NCBI RefSeq assembly: GCF_000016745.1
Contig: NC_009483.1
Span: 2,760,001-2,792,000, forward strand
Direction: 5' to 3'
DNA: 32,000 nt
Source of the DNA: Geotalea uraniireducens Rf4
GTDB lineage: Bacteria > Desulfobacterota > Desulfuromonadia > Geobacterales > Geobacteraceae
Part shown: piece by piece, positions 25,651 through 32,000 of the stretch
Layout of the letters: each line of letters opens with the position of its first letter
How positions within the stretch are numbered: position 1 is the stretch's first letter
Program-made: the position numbers and the translations under genes
The notes under the pieces: model-generated
Seen by the model: the letters and a program-made list of their open reading frames with translations, nothing else
Databases searched by the model: none
What the model was told of the DNA's origin: nothing

Positions 25651-25700
25651 GGCCGAGCTGCCGAGGGACGGGTCCTTCAGGTGGGCTCGGCCTTTTTATT
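25651..25700 (+). terminator. orphan rho-independent terminator
   Basis: GGCCGAGC ... (inner GAGGGA/UCCUUC) ... GCTCGGCC followed by TTTTTATTT. No plus-strand CDS lies upstream. Confidence 0.55.
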
Positions 25701-25855
25701 TGATGCACAAACTTGGAATGGTTCAAGGTGCATAAAAAGTTTGAGCTGAAGAAAAGATTACCTTCAAAGCGCAGCCTCAAAGTTCAAATGGGCAAGGCCG
25801 CTGAACGCATACGCCAAGCGAGATGTTCACTTACACTTATGAAAGGAGAATCATT

Positions 25856-26011
25856 ATGTTAGGAACTATTTTGATCGTCGTAGTGATTTTGCTGTTACTG
25901 GGTGCACTGCCCACTTGGCCTCACAGCCGACAGTGGGGTTACTATCCGAGTGGCGGGCTTGGCTTGATCCTTTTGATTCTGCTCATCCTACTACTGTTGG
26001 GCCGGTTATAG
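25856..26011 (+). CDS. DUF3309-family small membrane protein
   Basis: MLGTILIVVVILLLLGALPTWPHSRQWGYYPSGGLGLILLILLILLLLGRL with an AAAGGAG RBS. Confidence 0.8.
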   Translation: MLGTILIVVVILLLLGALPTWPHSRQWGYYPSGGLGLILLILLILLLLGRL

Positions 26012-26172
26012 GTCGCCAAAGCGTCTGATGCCACATGCAGAATATGGTTCAAGCGGTTTTGAAAGCAGAGTGGCGAACTTGAACCTCTAGTATGCTACGC
26101 CTGATAGCGCATAACCGGGAGCGGACCGATTAGGCATGTTTCCGAAAGCAAAATAGGGAGGTGTATTAGCTC

Positions 26173-26364
26173 ATGCCGTTAATTCAAGTGGTAATGGTCC
26201 TGATCGTGGTTGGTGTTCTTCTATGGCTCATCAACCGATTCATCCCAATGGCGGGATCCATAAAGTCGATTTTGAATGCCGTTGTGGTCATTGCCGTGGT
26301 TTTGTGGCTCCTGAACGTCTTTGGGATTTTCAGTTACCTCTCCACGATCCATGTGGGGAAGTGA
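26173..26364 (+). CDS. Thivi_2564-like small membrane protein
   Basis: MPLIQVVMVLIVVGVLLWLINRFIPMAGSIKSILNAVVVIAVVLWLLNVFGIF... with a GGGAGG RBS. Confidence 0.75.
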   Translation: MPLIQVVMVLIVVGVLLWLINRFIPMAGSIKSILNAVVVIAVVLWLLNVFGIFSYLSTIHVGK

Positions 26365-26423
26365 GCCGTCAACTTTTCAGGGACGAAGGACCGAGTATAT
26401 GGGATCGCAGTCAAATCTAAATC

Positions 26424-26550
26424 CTAACCCCGATAAACAGAATAAGTGCGTTAACGAAGTTATTTTCTGTCAGCCCCAATAAACGGGATAAGTACGTTAA
26501 AAATCATTTCTGCAAAAAGCTCAGAAAATAACTTCTAACTTACTAAAGGA
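26424..26550. repeat. repeat element copy 1, with an internal partial duplication, shared with 28801-28886
   Basis: It shares CTAACCCyGATAAACAGrATAAGTGCGTTAACGAAGyTATTTTCTG ... AAAAAGCkCAGAAAATmACTTCTAACTTACTAAAGGA with copy 2. It contains a perfect 14-bp stem, GAAGTTATTTTCTG/CAGAAAATAACTTC. Confidence 0.7.
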
Positions 26551-27885
26551 CAGCATTGTCCGGTTTGGTCTTTGCAAGGTTCTTTGAGAATGTAAAAAAG
26601 TTGTAAAATCAGCGTTATACCGCATTATTTGCTTGACTTTGAGTAAAAAAACGGTGGTCCGCACTCGTAACTATCCAATATTACAGGAGTTACGATATGC
26701 GACCGTTCAAACGACTGAAACAAAGACGAAAATCACGCGCTTTCAAATTGCTTCTTACCCCGATTTTTGAGAGATTCAAGTCAGATAATGAACTTGAATC
26801 CAGGGGGTATCGCCCGTTGCAAATGACTTTCGATGATCAGCTAAAAGCCCTGATCTTTTATCACTTGGAAGAGTTCTCTTCCGGGAGCGAACTTCTCCAG
26901 GCGCTGGATCAGGATGACTTCGCCAAGGAATGTGTTGCTCCCCCCAAGGGAATCAAAAAGAGCTCTTTCTTTGAGGCAATCAACAACCGTGGTCTTGAAC
27001 AGCTTTCCGAGGTATTCGGGCATCTTGTCAAGCAAGCAGGCAGAGTGCTTCCCGATGAATATGCTCACCTTGGCAATCTGGTATCCATAGACGGTTCTTT
27101 GATAGATGCTGTTCTATCTATGGAATGGGCAGATTACCGAAGCGGCTCTAAGAAGGCCAAGGCCCATATCGGCTTCGATATCAACCGTGGTATTCCAAGG
27201 AAGATATTCCTGACCGACGGTAAAGAGGGTGAGCGCCCCTTTGTTGATAAGATCATCGACAAAGGCGAAACCGGTGTCATGGATCGTGGGTATCAGTCTC
27301 ATAATCACTTTGACCAGTGGCAGGCCGCCGAGAAGTTTTTTGTCTGCCGTATCAGGGAGAATACACACAAAACCGTCATCAGAGAGAATGCCGTAAATCC
27401 TGACAGTATTGTCTTCTATGACCAGATAGTACTTCTCGGCACCAAAGGTATAAACCAGACTGAGAAAGAGCTGCGCCTTGTTGGTTACCGTATTGACGGC
27501 AAGGACTACTGGGTAGCAACCAACAGATACGACCTGACGGCTGAAGAAGTGGCCCAGGTTTATAAACTGCGCTGGAACATAGAGACCTTCTTCGGTTGGT
27601 GGAAACGCCACCTAAAGGTGTATCACCTGATTGCCAGAAGCGAATATGGTCTCATGGTTCAAATACTTGGTGGTCTCATCACCTATCTGCTGCTAGCCAT
27701 CTATTGCCGTGAGCAGCACCAGGAGCCAGTCAGCATTAGCAGGGTACGAGAATTACGCAATCAGATTGCAAATGAAGCAGCAGCCGAACAGCAGAGCCGT
27801 CGCACAAGAATACAAGGTAACTCAAACAAAATTAGACAGTTGAAACGTAAGAAACGTCGTGCAAAAACCTAACCGGAAGTTACTG
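26551..27885 (+). mobile_element. IS4-family insertion sequence (1335 bp) with a 9-bp TSD
   Basis: IRL is CAGCATTGTCCGGTTTGGTCTTTGCA. IRR is the reverse complement of TGCAAAAACCTAACCGGAAGTTACTG. The TSD ACTAAAGGA lies at 26542-26550 and 27886-27894. Confidence 0.85.
26697..27872 (+). CDS. IS4-family DDE transposase
   Basis: 391 aa with the Y-(2)-R-(3)-E-(6)-K signature in YKLRWNIETFFGWWK and DDE residues in the SIDGS and VMDRGY contexts. Confidence 0.85.
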   Translation: MRPFKRLKQRRKSRAFKLLLTPIFERFKSDNELESRGYRPLQMTFDDQLKALIFYHLEEFSSGSELLQALDQDDFAKECVAPPKGIKKSSFFEAINNRGLEQLSEVFGHLVKQAGRVLPDEYAHLGNLVSIDGSLIDAVLSMEWADYRSGSKKAKAHIGFDINRGIPRKIFLTDGKEGERPFVDKIIDKGETGVMDRGYQSHNHFDQWQAAEKFFVCRIRENTHKTVIRENAVNPDSIVFYDQIVLLGTKGINQTEKELRLVGYRIDGKDYWVATNRYDLTAEEVAQVYKLRWNIETFFGWWKRHLKVYHLIARSEYGLMVQILGGLITYLLLAIYCREQHQEPVSISRVRELRNQIANEAAAEQQSRRTRIQGNSNKIRQLKRKKRRAKT

Positions 27886-27902
27886 ACTAAAGGAGAAATA
27901 CC

Positions 27903-28082
27903 ATGAAATCGAGCATTAGGGACAAGGCGGAAGGAACGTTTCACGAAGCGAAGGGTAAGGTCAAGGAGATCGCCGGGAAAATCACCGATAATCCCAAGTT
28001 GGAGGCCAAAGGCAAAGGCGAAAAGTTAGTCGGCAAAGTTCAGGAAAAGATCGGCCAGGTCAAGAAGGTTTTGGGGAAGTAG
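27903..28082 (+). CDS. csbD: CsbD-family stress-response protein (59 aa, below the ORF-track cutoff)
   Basis: MKSSIRDKAEGTFHEAKGKVKEIAGKITDNPKLEAKGKGEKLVGKVQEKIGQVKKVLGK. The AAGGAG RBS is supplied by the right TSD copy. Confidence 0.8.
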   Translation: MKSSIRDKAEGTFHEAKGKVKEIAGKITDNPKLEAKGKGEKLVGKVQEKIGQVKKVLGK

Positions 28083-28145
28083 TGAGAGCCTATTTATCAG
28101 GGGGCTCGGAGTAAAAGCTACAGTAACAACAAATAGGAGGAAATT

Positions 28146-28649
28146 ATGAAAAAAATAGTACTTTCATTCTTGTTGACGGTTGTTTTTGCTGTGCCCGCTT
28201 TTTCAGAGATGAAGGATATGCCCATGAGGGAGCATAGGGAAGGATATGGGCAGATGATGGAAATGGGAAATATGGACAAGATGGGCGATATGATGGGCAT
28301 GTGCATCGAACATGCAGATAAGATGGGGCTTACCGATGATCAGATCATGAAAATGAAGCCATTACATCGCGAAATGCAAAAAAAGCATGCCCGATTCAAA
28401 GCGGACCTGAAGATTGCAGAGATCGAACTTATGGAAATCATGGAAGTGAAAGATTTTGACCTGGAGAAGGCCAGCTCTGCAGTTAAAAAAATTGAAGAGA
28501 TAAAAACAGCCCATCATTTGGAAATGTTAAAAGCCATGAAAGAAATGCGGACTATTTTGACGGACGAACAGTTTAAAAAAATGAAGAAGATGATGTTCAT
28601 GAAGATGGGGGAGAAAAAACCGGCAAAGAGGATGATGAAGAAACAATAA
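28146..28649 (+). CDS. periplasmic Spy/CpxP-family (LTxxQ) protein with a Met-rich N-terminal region
   Basis: It has a signal peptide, two LTxxQ motifs (LTDDQ and LTDEQ), a Met-rich segment (GQMMEMGNMDKMGDMMGM) and an AGGAGG RBS. Confidence 0.75.
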   Translation: MKKIVLSFLLTVVFAVPAFSEMKDMPMREHREGYGQMMEMGNMDKMGDMMGMCIEHADKMGLTDDQIMKMKPLHREMQKKHARFKADLKIAEIELMEIMEVKDFDLEKASSAVKKIEEIKTAHHLEMLKAMKEMRTILTDEQFKKMKKMMFMKMGEKKPAKRMMKKQ

Positions 28650-28733
28650 TGGAGAAGCATGACAGATTGCGCGGATCAGCTTTGTAAGGGCCGGTGGCAT
28701 TGACGGCGATGACAGCGGACTGCAGAGACCGCG

Positions 28734-28767
28734 AAAAAGGGCGCATCACGGTGCGCCCTTATTTATT
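28734..28767. terminator. bidirectional rho-independent terminator
   Basis: AAAAA-GGGCGCA-tcacgg-TGCGCCC-TTATTTATT lies between the convergent Spy-like (+) and lmo0937-like (-) genes. Confidence 0.65.
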
Positions 28768-28800
28768 GAATTGAACTGTTCAATGCCGGGATTTCGCGGT

Positions 28801-28886
28801 CTAACCCTGATAAACAGGATAAGTGCGTTAACGAAGCTATTTTCTGCCAAAAAAGCGCAGAAAATCACTTCTAACTTACTAAAGGA
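28801..28886. repeat. repeat element copy 2
   Basis: See 26424-26550. Here its right end overlaps the stop codon of the minus-strand lmo0937-like gene. Confidence 0.7.
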
Positions 28887-29028
28887 CCTTTCGCCCTTGA
28901 ATGATGCGTACCAGTACCACTATGATAGCAATTACGAGCAGAATATGGATCAGACCGCCCATGGTATATGAAGTAACCATACCTAACAGCCACAGCACTA
29001 TCAGGACCACGCAGATTGTCCACAGCAT
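28879..29028 (-). CDS. lmo0937-family small membrane protein (49 aa, below the ORF-track cutoff)
   Basis: The reverse strand has a GGGAGGA RBS, then ATG and MLWTICVVLIVLWLLGMVTSYTMGGLIHILLVIAIIVVLVRIIQGRKVL*. Confidence 0.8.
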   Translation of the reverse strand: MLWTICVVLIVLWLLGMVTSYTMGGLIHILLVIAIIVVLVRIIQGRKVL

Positions 29029-29155
29029 AACGTCCTCCCATTTAACTGCGGCCTGTCAGTAGCGTTAGCCGCTGCCGCTTCAACACCCTGTTAAACGTCT
29101 GACAGAATCGAAAAAACCGCCGGAGCGGGTCGTGGATTCACCTGAGGTTACGCAG

Positions 29156-29470
29156 CTATTTTACAACAAGATCGTTTTTCACCTCGGTGACACCAGCGAC
29201 ACTGCGGGCAAGCTCTCCTGCCTTTTTGGCGTTCTGCGCCGAATCGACAAAACCGCTTAACTGGACTACCCCTTTGTACGTATTGACAGTGATTTGCAAC
29301 GTTTTTAGCCCTGGTTCGCCAAGGATTGCGGTTTTTACCTTGGTTGTGATGGTCGAGTCATCGACATACTGGCCGGTGCTTTCATGTGTTCGCGTGGCTG
29401 CGCACCCCATGAATGCGGTTATCAGCCCGATGCAGACCAGGAGTTTCACAATGCGATGTAGTTTTGTCAT
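29156..29470 (-). CDS. BON-domain lipoprotein (OsmY-like)
   Basis: It has a lipobox (TAFMGC) and a BON domain (DDSTITTKVKTAILGEPGLKTLQITVNTYKGVVQLSGFVDS...VKNDLVV). An upstream TTGACT-N16-TAAACT promoter is present. Confidence 0.85.
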   Translation of the reverse strand: MTKLHRIVKLLVCIGLITAFMGCAATRTHESTGQYVDDSTITTKVKTAILGEPGLKTLQITVNTYKGVVQLSGFVDSAQNAKKAGELARSVAGVTEVKNDLVVK

Positions 29471-29610
29471 GATGCTTTCTCCTTTCTGTTTGCAATAATT
29501 TCACCTTAAGCCAAATTAAGTTTATCTCACGCTGTTGACCAGTCAATCAGGCAGTCGCATATACGAGTCCGTAAACGCATATCAACGTCAAAGAAATACG
29601 CTGCACCGGT

Positions 29611-29651
29611 TAAAAAGAAACAGGCTGCTCTGTGAAAAAGCAGCCTGTTTC
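29611..29651 (-). terminator. rho-independent terminator of the OmpW-like gene
   Basis: A perfect 13-bp stem, GAAACAGGCTGCT/AGCAGCCTGTTTC, is followed by TTTTTAA on the minus strand. Confidence 0.75.
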
Positions 29652-29683
29652 CTTACCTCTTATATACAACGAACTTCAGTTCA

Positions 29684-30301
29684 TCAATTGAAGAAATACC
29701 GCGCGCCGAACGTCATGGAAAAGTTCATGGGATCGAAGTTGCCGATTTTATCCCCACCTAACCTTATATCCGCATCGGGGGCAAGCACCACTTTTGCCTG
29801 ACCGGTCAGGGCCAGTTGCTTCATAACGAAGTAATCCACCCCGCCGGCCGCGTGCACGCCGACGACGGTATCCAAGTCCGCTTTTACCCCATCGTCGCGC
29901 GTGAAGCCGTTGACAAGGATATCCAGTCCGGCGCCTGCATAGGGGGTCAGATGCGCTGTCGGTTCGTTGAAGCGATACTGCACCCCGAGGGAGATGTTGT
30001 TGGTTTCGAAATTGCCTACCCTATCCCCGCCGATGCTGCCGTTGAAATCGGTATGGGTGATATCCAGCTCAGCGGCGATGTTCTTGTTTATGCCGTAGAT
30101 GAAGCCGCCACCGCCGACGAAACCGGTATCAGTGTCGACATTAAATGTGGGAGAAGCGGAGGTATCCTCACTGTCCGCAGGGACCAGAAAACCGATCCGC
30201 CCGGTAACGCCCACTTTTCCCGCGATGTTCTCCGCACAGGCGGTTCCTGCCATAAGGGCCACAGCCGCAACGCAACTGATCATAACGCACAATCTTTTCA
30301 T
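29684..30301 (-). CDS. outer-membrane beta-barrel protein (OmpW/OMP_b-brl type)
   Basis: The ATG at 30301 follows a GGAGGA RBS. The signal peptide is MKRLCVMISCVAAVALMAGTACA. Alternating strands run to the C-terminal GARYFFN. The upstream part of the track ORF (to 30478) has no coding features. Confidence 0.8.
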   Translation of the reverse strand: MKRLCVMISCVAAVALMAGTACAENIAGKVGVTGRIGFLVPADSEDTSASPTFNVDTDTGFVGGGGFIYGINKNIAAELDITHTDFNGSIGGDRVGNFETNNISLGVQYRFNEPTAHLTPYAGAGLDILVNGFTRDDGVKADLDTVVGVHAAGGVDYFVMKQLALTGQAKVVLAPDADIRLGGDKIGNFDPMNFSMTFGARYFFN

Positions 30302-30476
30302 ATCTTTCCTCCTGTCATTGACATTGTTTATATTATTTTCTGTTTTTTCCGCGCACTTTGCGCGGAAGTTCACCCTGTCCGTCTGCCGCGAAAACCGGCG
30401 ATTCCTGCATCCACCGCAGACAGATGTAACCGTGTACGTGTACCGCTTCACCACCTCCCTTCTGCCGATTTTCCAC

Positions 30477-30526
30477 AAAAAAAAGCCGGGTTGCCGAATA
30501 TCGTCTGATATTTCGGCAACCCGGCT
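30477..30526 (-). terminator. strong rho-independent terminator
   Basis: The minus strand reads AGCCGGGTTGCCGAAATAT-cagacg-ATATTCGGCAACCCGGCT (one bulged base) followed by T8. Confidence 0.8.
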
Positions 30527-30720
30527 GTCTGGCTTGAGACCCTTTAGGCTTTCCGCCCCATCCTCACGGATGGTTTAGTATTATCGTCTACCAACTGCAC
30601 GTGCTCATCTGTATTTCGTAACGCGGTACTGTTCTTACCAAAGAACCGCGCCGGATGTCAATGAAAAACACATTACACCCTCCCCCCACCCCCTCCCATC
30701 AAGGGAGTGGAGCTTTAAAG

Positions 30721-30775
30721 TCCCCTCGCCCCTTGTGAACCCAAATTGCGGGTCTAAAGGGCTAGGGTGAGGGAG
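30721..30775. repeat. REP-like C-tract/G-tract imperfect hairpin
   Basis: TCCCCTCGCCCCTT ... AAGGGCTAGGGTGAGGGA is preceded by CCCTCCCCCCACCCCCTCCC. The compositional style matches 10147-10205. Confidence 0.5.
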
Positions 30776-30788
30776 GAAGAAAAATGGA

Positions 30789-31616
30789 TTAATTGCGCTC
30801 TTTCTCGCGGTGGCCGATGCCGAGGGCGGTAAGCCCTTTCTGCAGGTCGTGCAGGGCGGCGCCGAGCTGGGCATCCAGAACGGCTTGGTCGCTCCCCACG
30901 GCTGTGAGGGTGATATCGAGCTCCCGTGTCTCGCCGAGGGTTCTGGCCAGGGACTTGATGTAAATGCTGGGGTGATCGTTGACCACCCGGCTGAGCACCG
31001 GTTCCATCAACGACTCGTCGTTGCTTTGCACGGTGATGGTCTGCATGACCGAGATGCCGCCGCGAAAGGTCTCTTGCAGGAAAGGCTGGAGGGAACTGTT
31101 GAAGATGCCTTTCAGTTCCGACGGAACACCGGGAAGGCTGATAATGGCAGCCCGTCCGGTCTTGAGCAGGACACCGGGAGCGGTGCCGACCGGATTTGAG
31201 AGCGGCACGGCCCCCTCGGGGAGCCAGGCCATCTTCTCCCGGGCCGGGTTCAGCCCTCCCTGGGTGAGCACCCCCTGGGCAGTCAACTCGTCATAGCGAT
31301 CCCTGACCATCTGCAGGGCCTGTTCATGGAGCCGCACCTCCACGCCGACACCCCGTGCCACTGCGGCAAGGGTAAGATCATCGGCAGTGGGGCCGAGGCC
31401 GCCTGAGGTGATAATAACTTCAGCGCCGCGCGCAAGCGCCGCATGCACCTCGCCGGCTATGACCGCGTCCACGTCGCGCAACAGCGTGACCCTGGCGACG
31501 CGTCCACCCAGGCTGTTGATTTCTTTGCACAGCCAGTGCGTGTTCGTGTCCTGGATATCGCCGATGAGTATCTCGTTGCCGATAATGAATATTTCCACAA
31601 TGACCGGTTCTGACAT
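30789..31616 (-). CDS. CinA-like molybdopterin-binding (MoCF_BD) domain protein
   Basis: MSEPVIVEIFIIGNEILIGDIQDTNTHWLCKEINSLGGRV...ITSGGLGPTADDLT. At 275 aa it has no C-terminal CinA deamidase domain. Confidence 0.8.
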   Translation of the reverse strand: MSEPVIVEIFIIGNEILIGDIQDTNTHWLCKEINSLGGRVARVTLLRDVDAVIAGEVHAALARGAEVIITSGGLGPTADDLTLAAVARGVGVEVRLHEQALQMVRDRYDELTAQGVLTQGGLNPAREKMAWLPEGAVPLSNPVGTAPGVLLKTGRAAIISLPGVPSELKGIFNSSLQPFLQETFRGGISVMQTITVQSNDESLMEPVLSRVVNDHPSIYIKSLARTLGETRELDITLTAVGSDQAVLDAQLGAALHDLQKGLTALGIGHREKERN

Positions 31617-31646
31617 GTTAACTCCTGAATCTGGAAATTAATGACG

Positions 31647-31811
31647 AGGAGTCTGTCGGACTTAGGAATGAATCTACTGCGAGAATGGCAAATCGGTCCA
31701 TATTCCCGTAAATTTTCGACGAATAGGTCCACTATTAGCTCTCAAATTACCGGAAATCTGTCCTCGATTTTCCATCCTCTCGCTACGATCCCCTAAGTCC
31801 GACAGACTCCT
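31647..31811. mobile_element. 165-bp MITE-like element with perfect 20-bp terminal inverted repeats
   Basis: AGGAGTCTGTCGGACTTAGG (31647-31666) pairs with CCTAAGTCCGACAGACTCCT (31792-31811). No TSD is recognisable and there is no convincing ORF. Confidence 0.55.
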
Positions 31812-32000
31812 AGGATTGTAACCCGATTGGCAGATACCAGGCAACCTTGACATCGAATTTTTTGCAATCCGGGTGCTTGCAATAATAGCTGTACGCAAAC
31901 GCAAGGCTATAAGGGCAACGGCAGGCATCATCCGCCAGGCATTTATATACCTGCCCATGGACATGGCGAATACTGCAAAAAGCCGCATCAGGAAATGTAC
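31810..32000 (-). CDS. C-terminal part of a Cys-rich hypothetical protein (partial, runs off the right edge)
   Basis: The reverse frame open from 31998 reads TFPDAAFCSIRHVHGQVYKCLADDACRCPYSLAFAYSYYCKHPDCKKFDVKVAWYLPIGLQS*. The TAG stop overlaps the end of the IR element. It is absent from the ORF track, and no family could be assigned. Confidence 0.4.
   Translation of the reverse strand, partial: TFPDAAFCSIRHVHGQVYKCLADDACRCPYSLAFAYSYYCKHPDCKKFDVKVAWYLPIGLQS

Noticed and set aside
25568-25780. 70-aa minus-strand ORF
   Set aside because: It lies antisense to a clear plus-strand terminator hairpin, has no RBS, and its product is Arg/Pro/Ser-rich.
31674-31988. 104-aa minus-strand track ORF
   Set aside because: It reads straight through the inverted-repeat element and has an odd composition. 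The alternative frame gives a Cys-rich protein that ends exactly at the element boundary and looks more protein-like.
1-32000. Scan for rRNA, tRNA and CRISPR arrays
   Set aside because: No T-loop/acceptor-type cloverleaf candidates, no rRNA-like conserved blocks, and no regularly spaced 25-40-bp repeats with unique spacers were seen. The only repeat array (18017-18155) has irregular spacing and spacers that are far too short.

Overview
The window resembles a Desulfuromonadales/Geobacter-type chromosome, judged by gene content only, with no rRNA, tRNA or CRISPR array seen. (1) Positions 1-14.4 kb are a conserved minus-strand housekeeping block: apgM (partial), xerD, glnD, a cell-wall amidase, mutS, a sigma54 response regulator with its GAF/PAS histidine kinase, an Fe-alcohol dehydrogenase and a lipoprotein. 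(2) Positions 14.8-17.9 kb hold a translationally coupled two-gene operon. It encodes a secreted beta-helix/FN3 protein ending in a [11 protein letters not shown]-terminal anchor domain, plus a small outer-membrane beta-barrel with a TTG start. Two copies of a ~175-bp promoter-leader-terminator module bracket it, and the second copy has no cargo gene. (3) Positions 17.9-29.5 kb are a mosaic accessory region. It holds an IS91-family transposase preceded by five AT-rich 19-bp repeats, then an integron-like cassette array with no integrase in the window. The array has three well-formed and one degenerate attC-like site, and carries a membrane/coiled-coil ORF split by an ISL3 element (8-bp TSD), a small membrane ORF with an in-frame TGA, and a Phd/VapC pair. 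Further right are adenosine deaminase, a yihY fragment, and a 219-bp MITE that cuts a tandem DUF4177-like gene in two. A full IS4-family copy with matching inverted repeats (both elements have 9-bp TSDs) sits 17 nt upstream of csbD. The region ends in a cluster of small stress and envelope proteins: DUF3309, Thivi_2564-like, CsbD, Spy/CpxP-like, lmo0937-like, BON and OmpW-like. Two of these are below the ORF-track size cutoff. (4) Positions 30.5-32 kb hold a strong terminator, a REP-like element, a cinA-like gene, a 165-bp element with perfect 20-bp inverted repeats, and a partial Cys-rich ORF. The strongest candidates for something undescribed are the integrase-less cassette array with its unknown membrane protein, and the duplicated leader module with the CFI-box/OMP operon.
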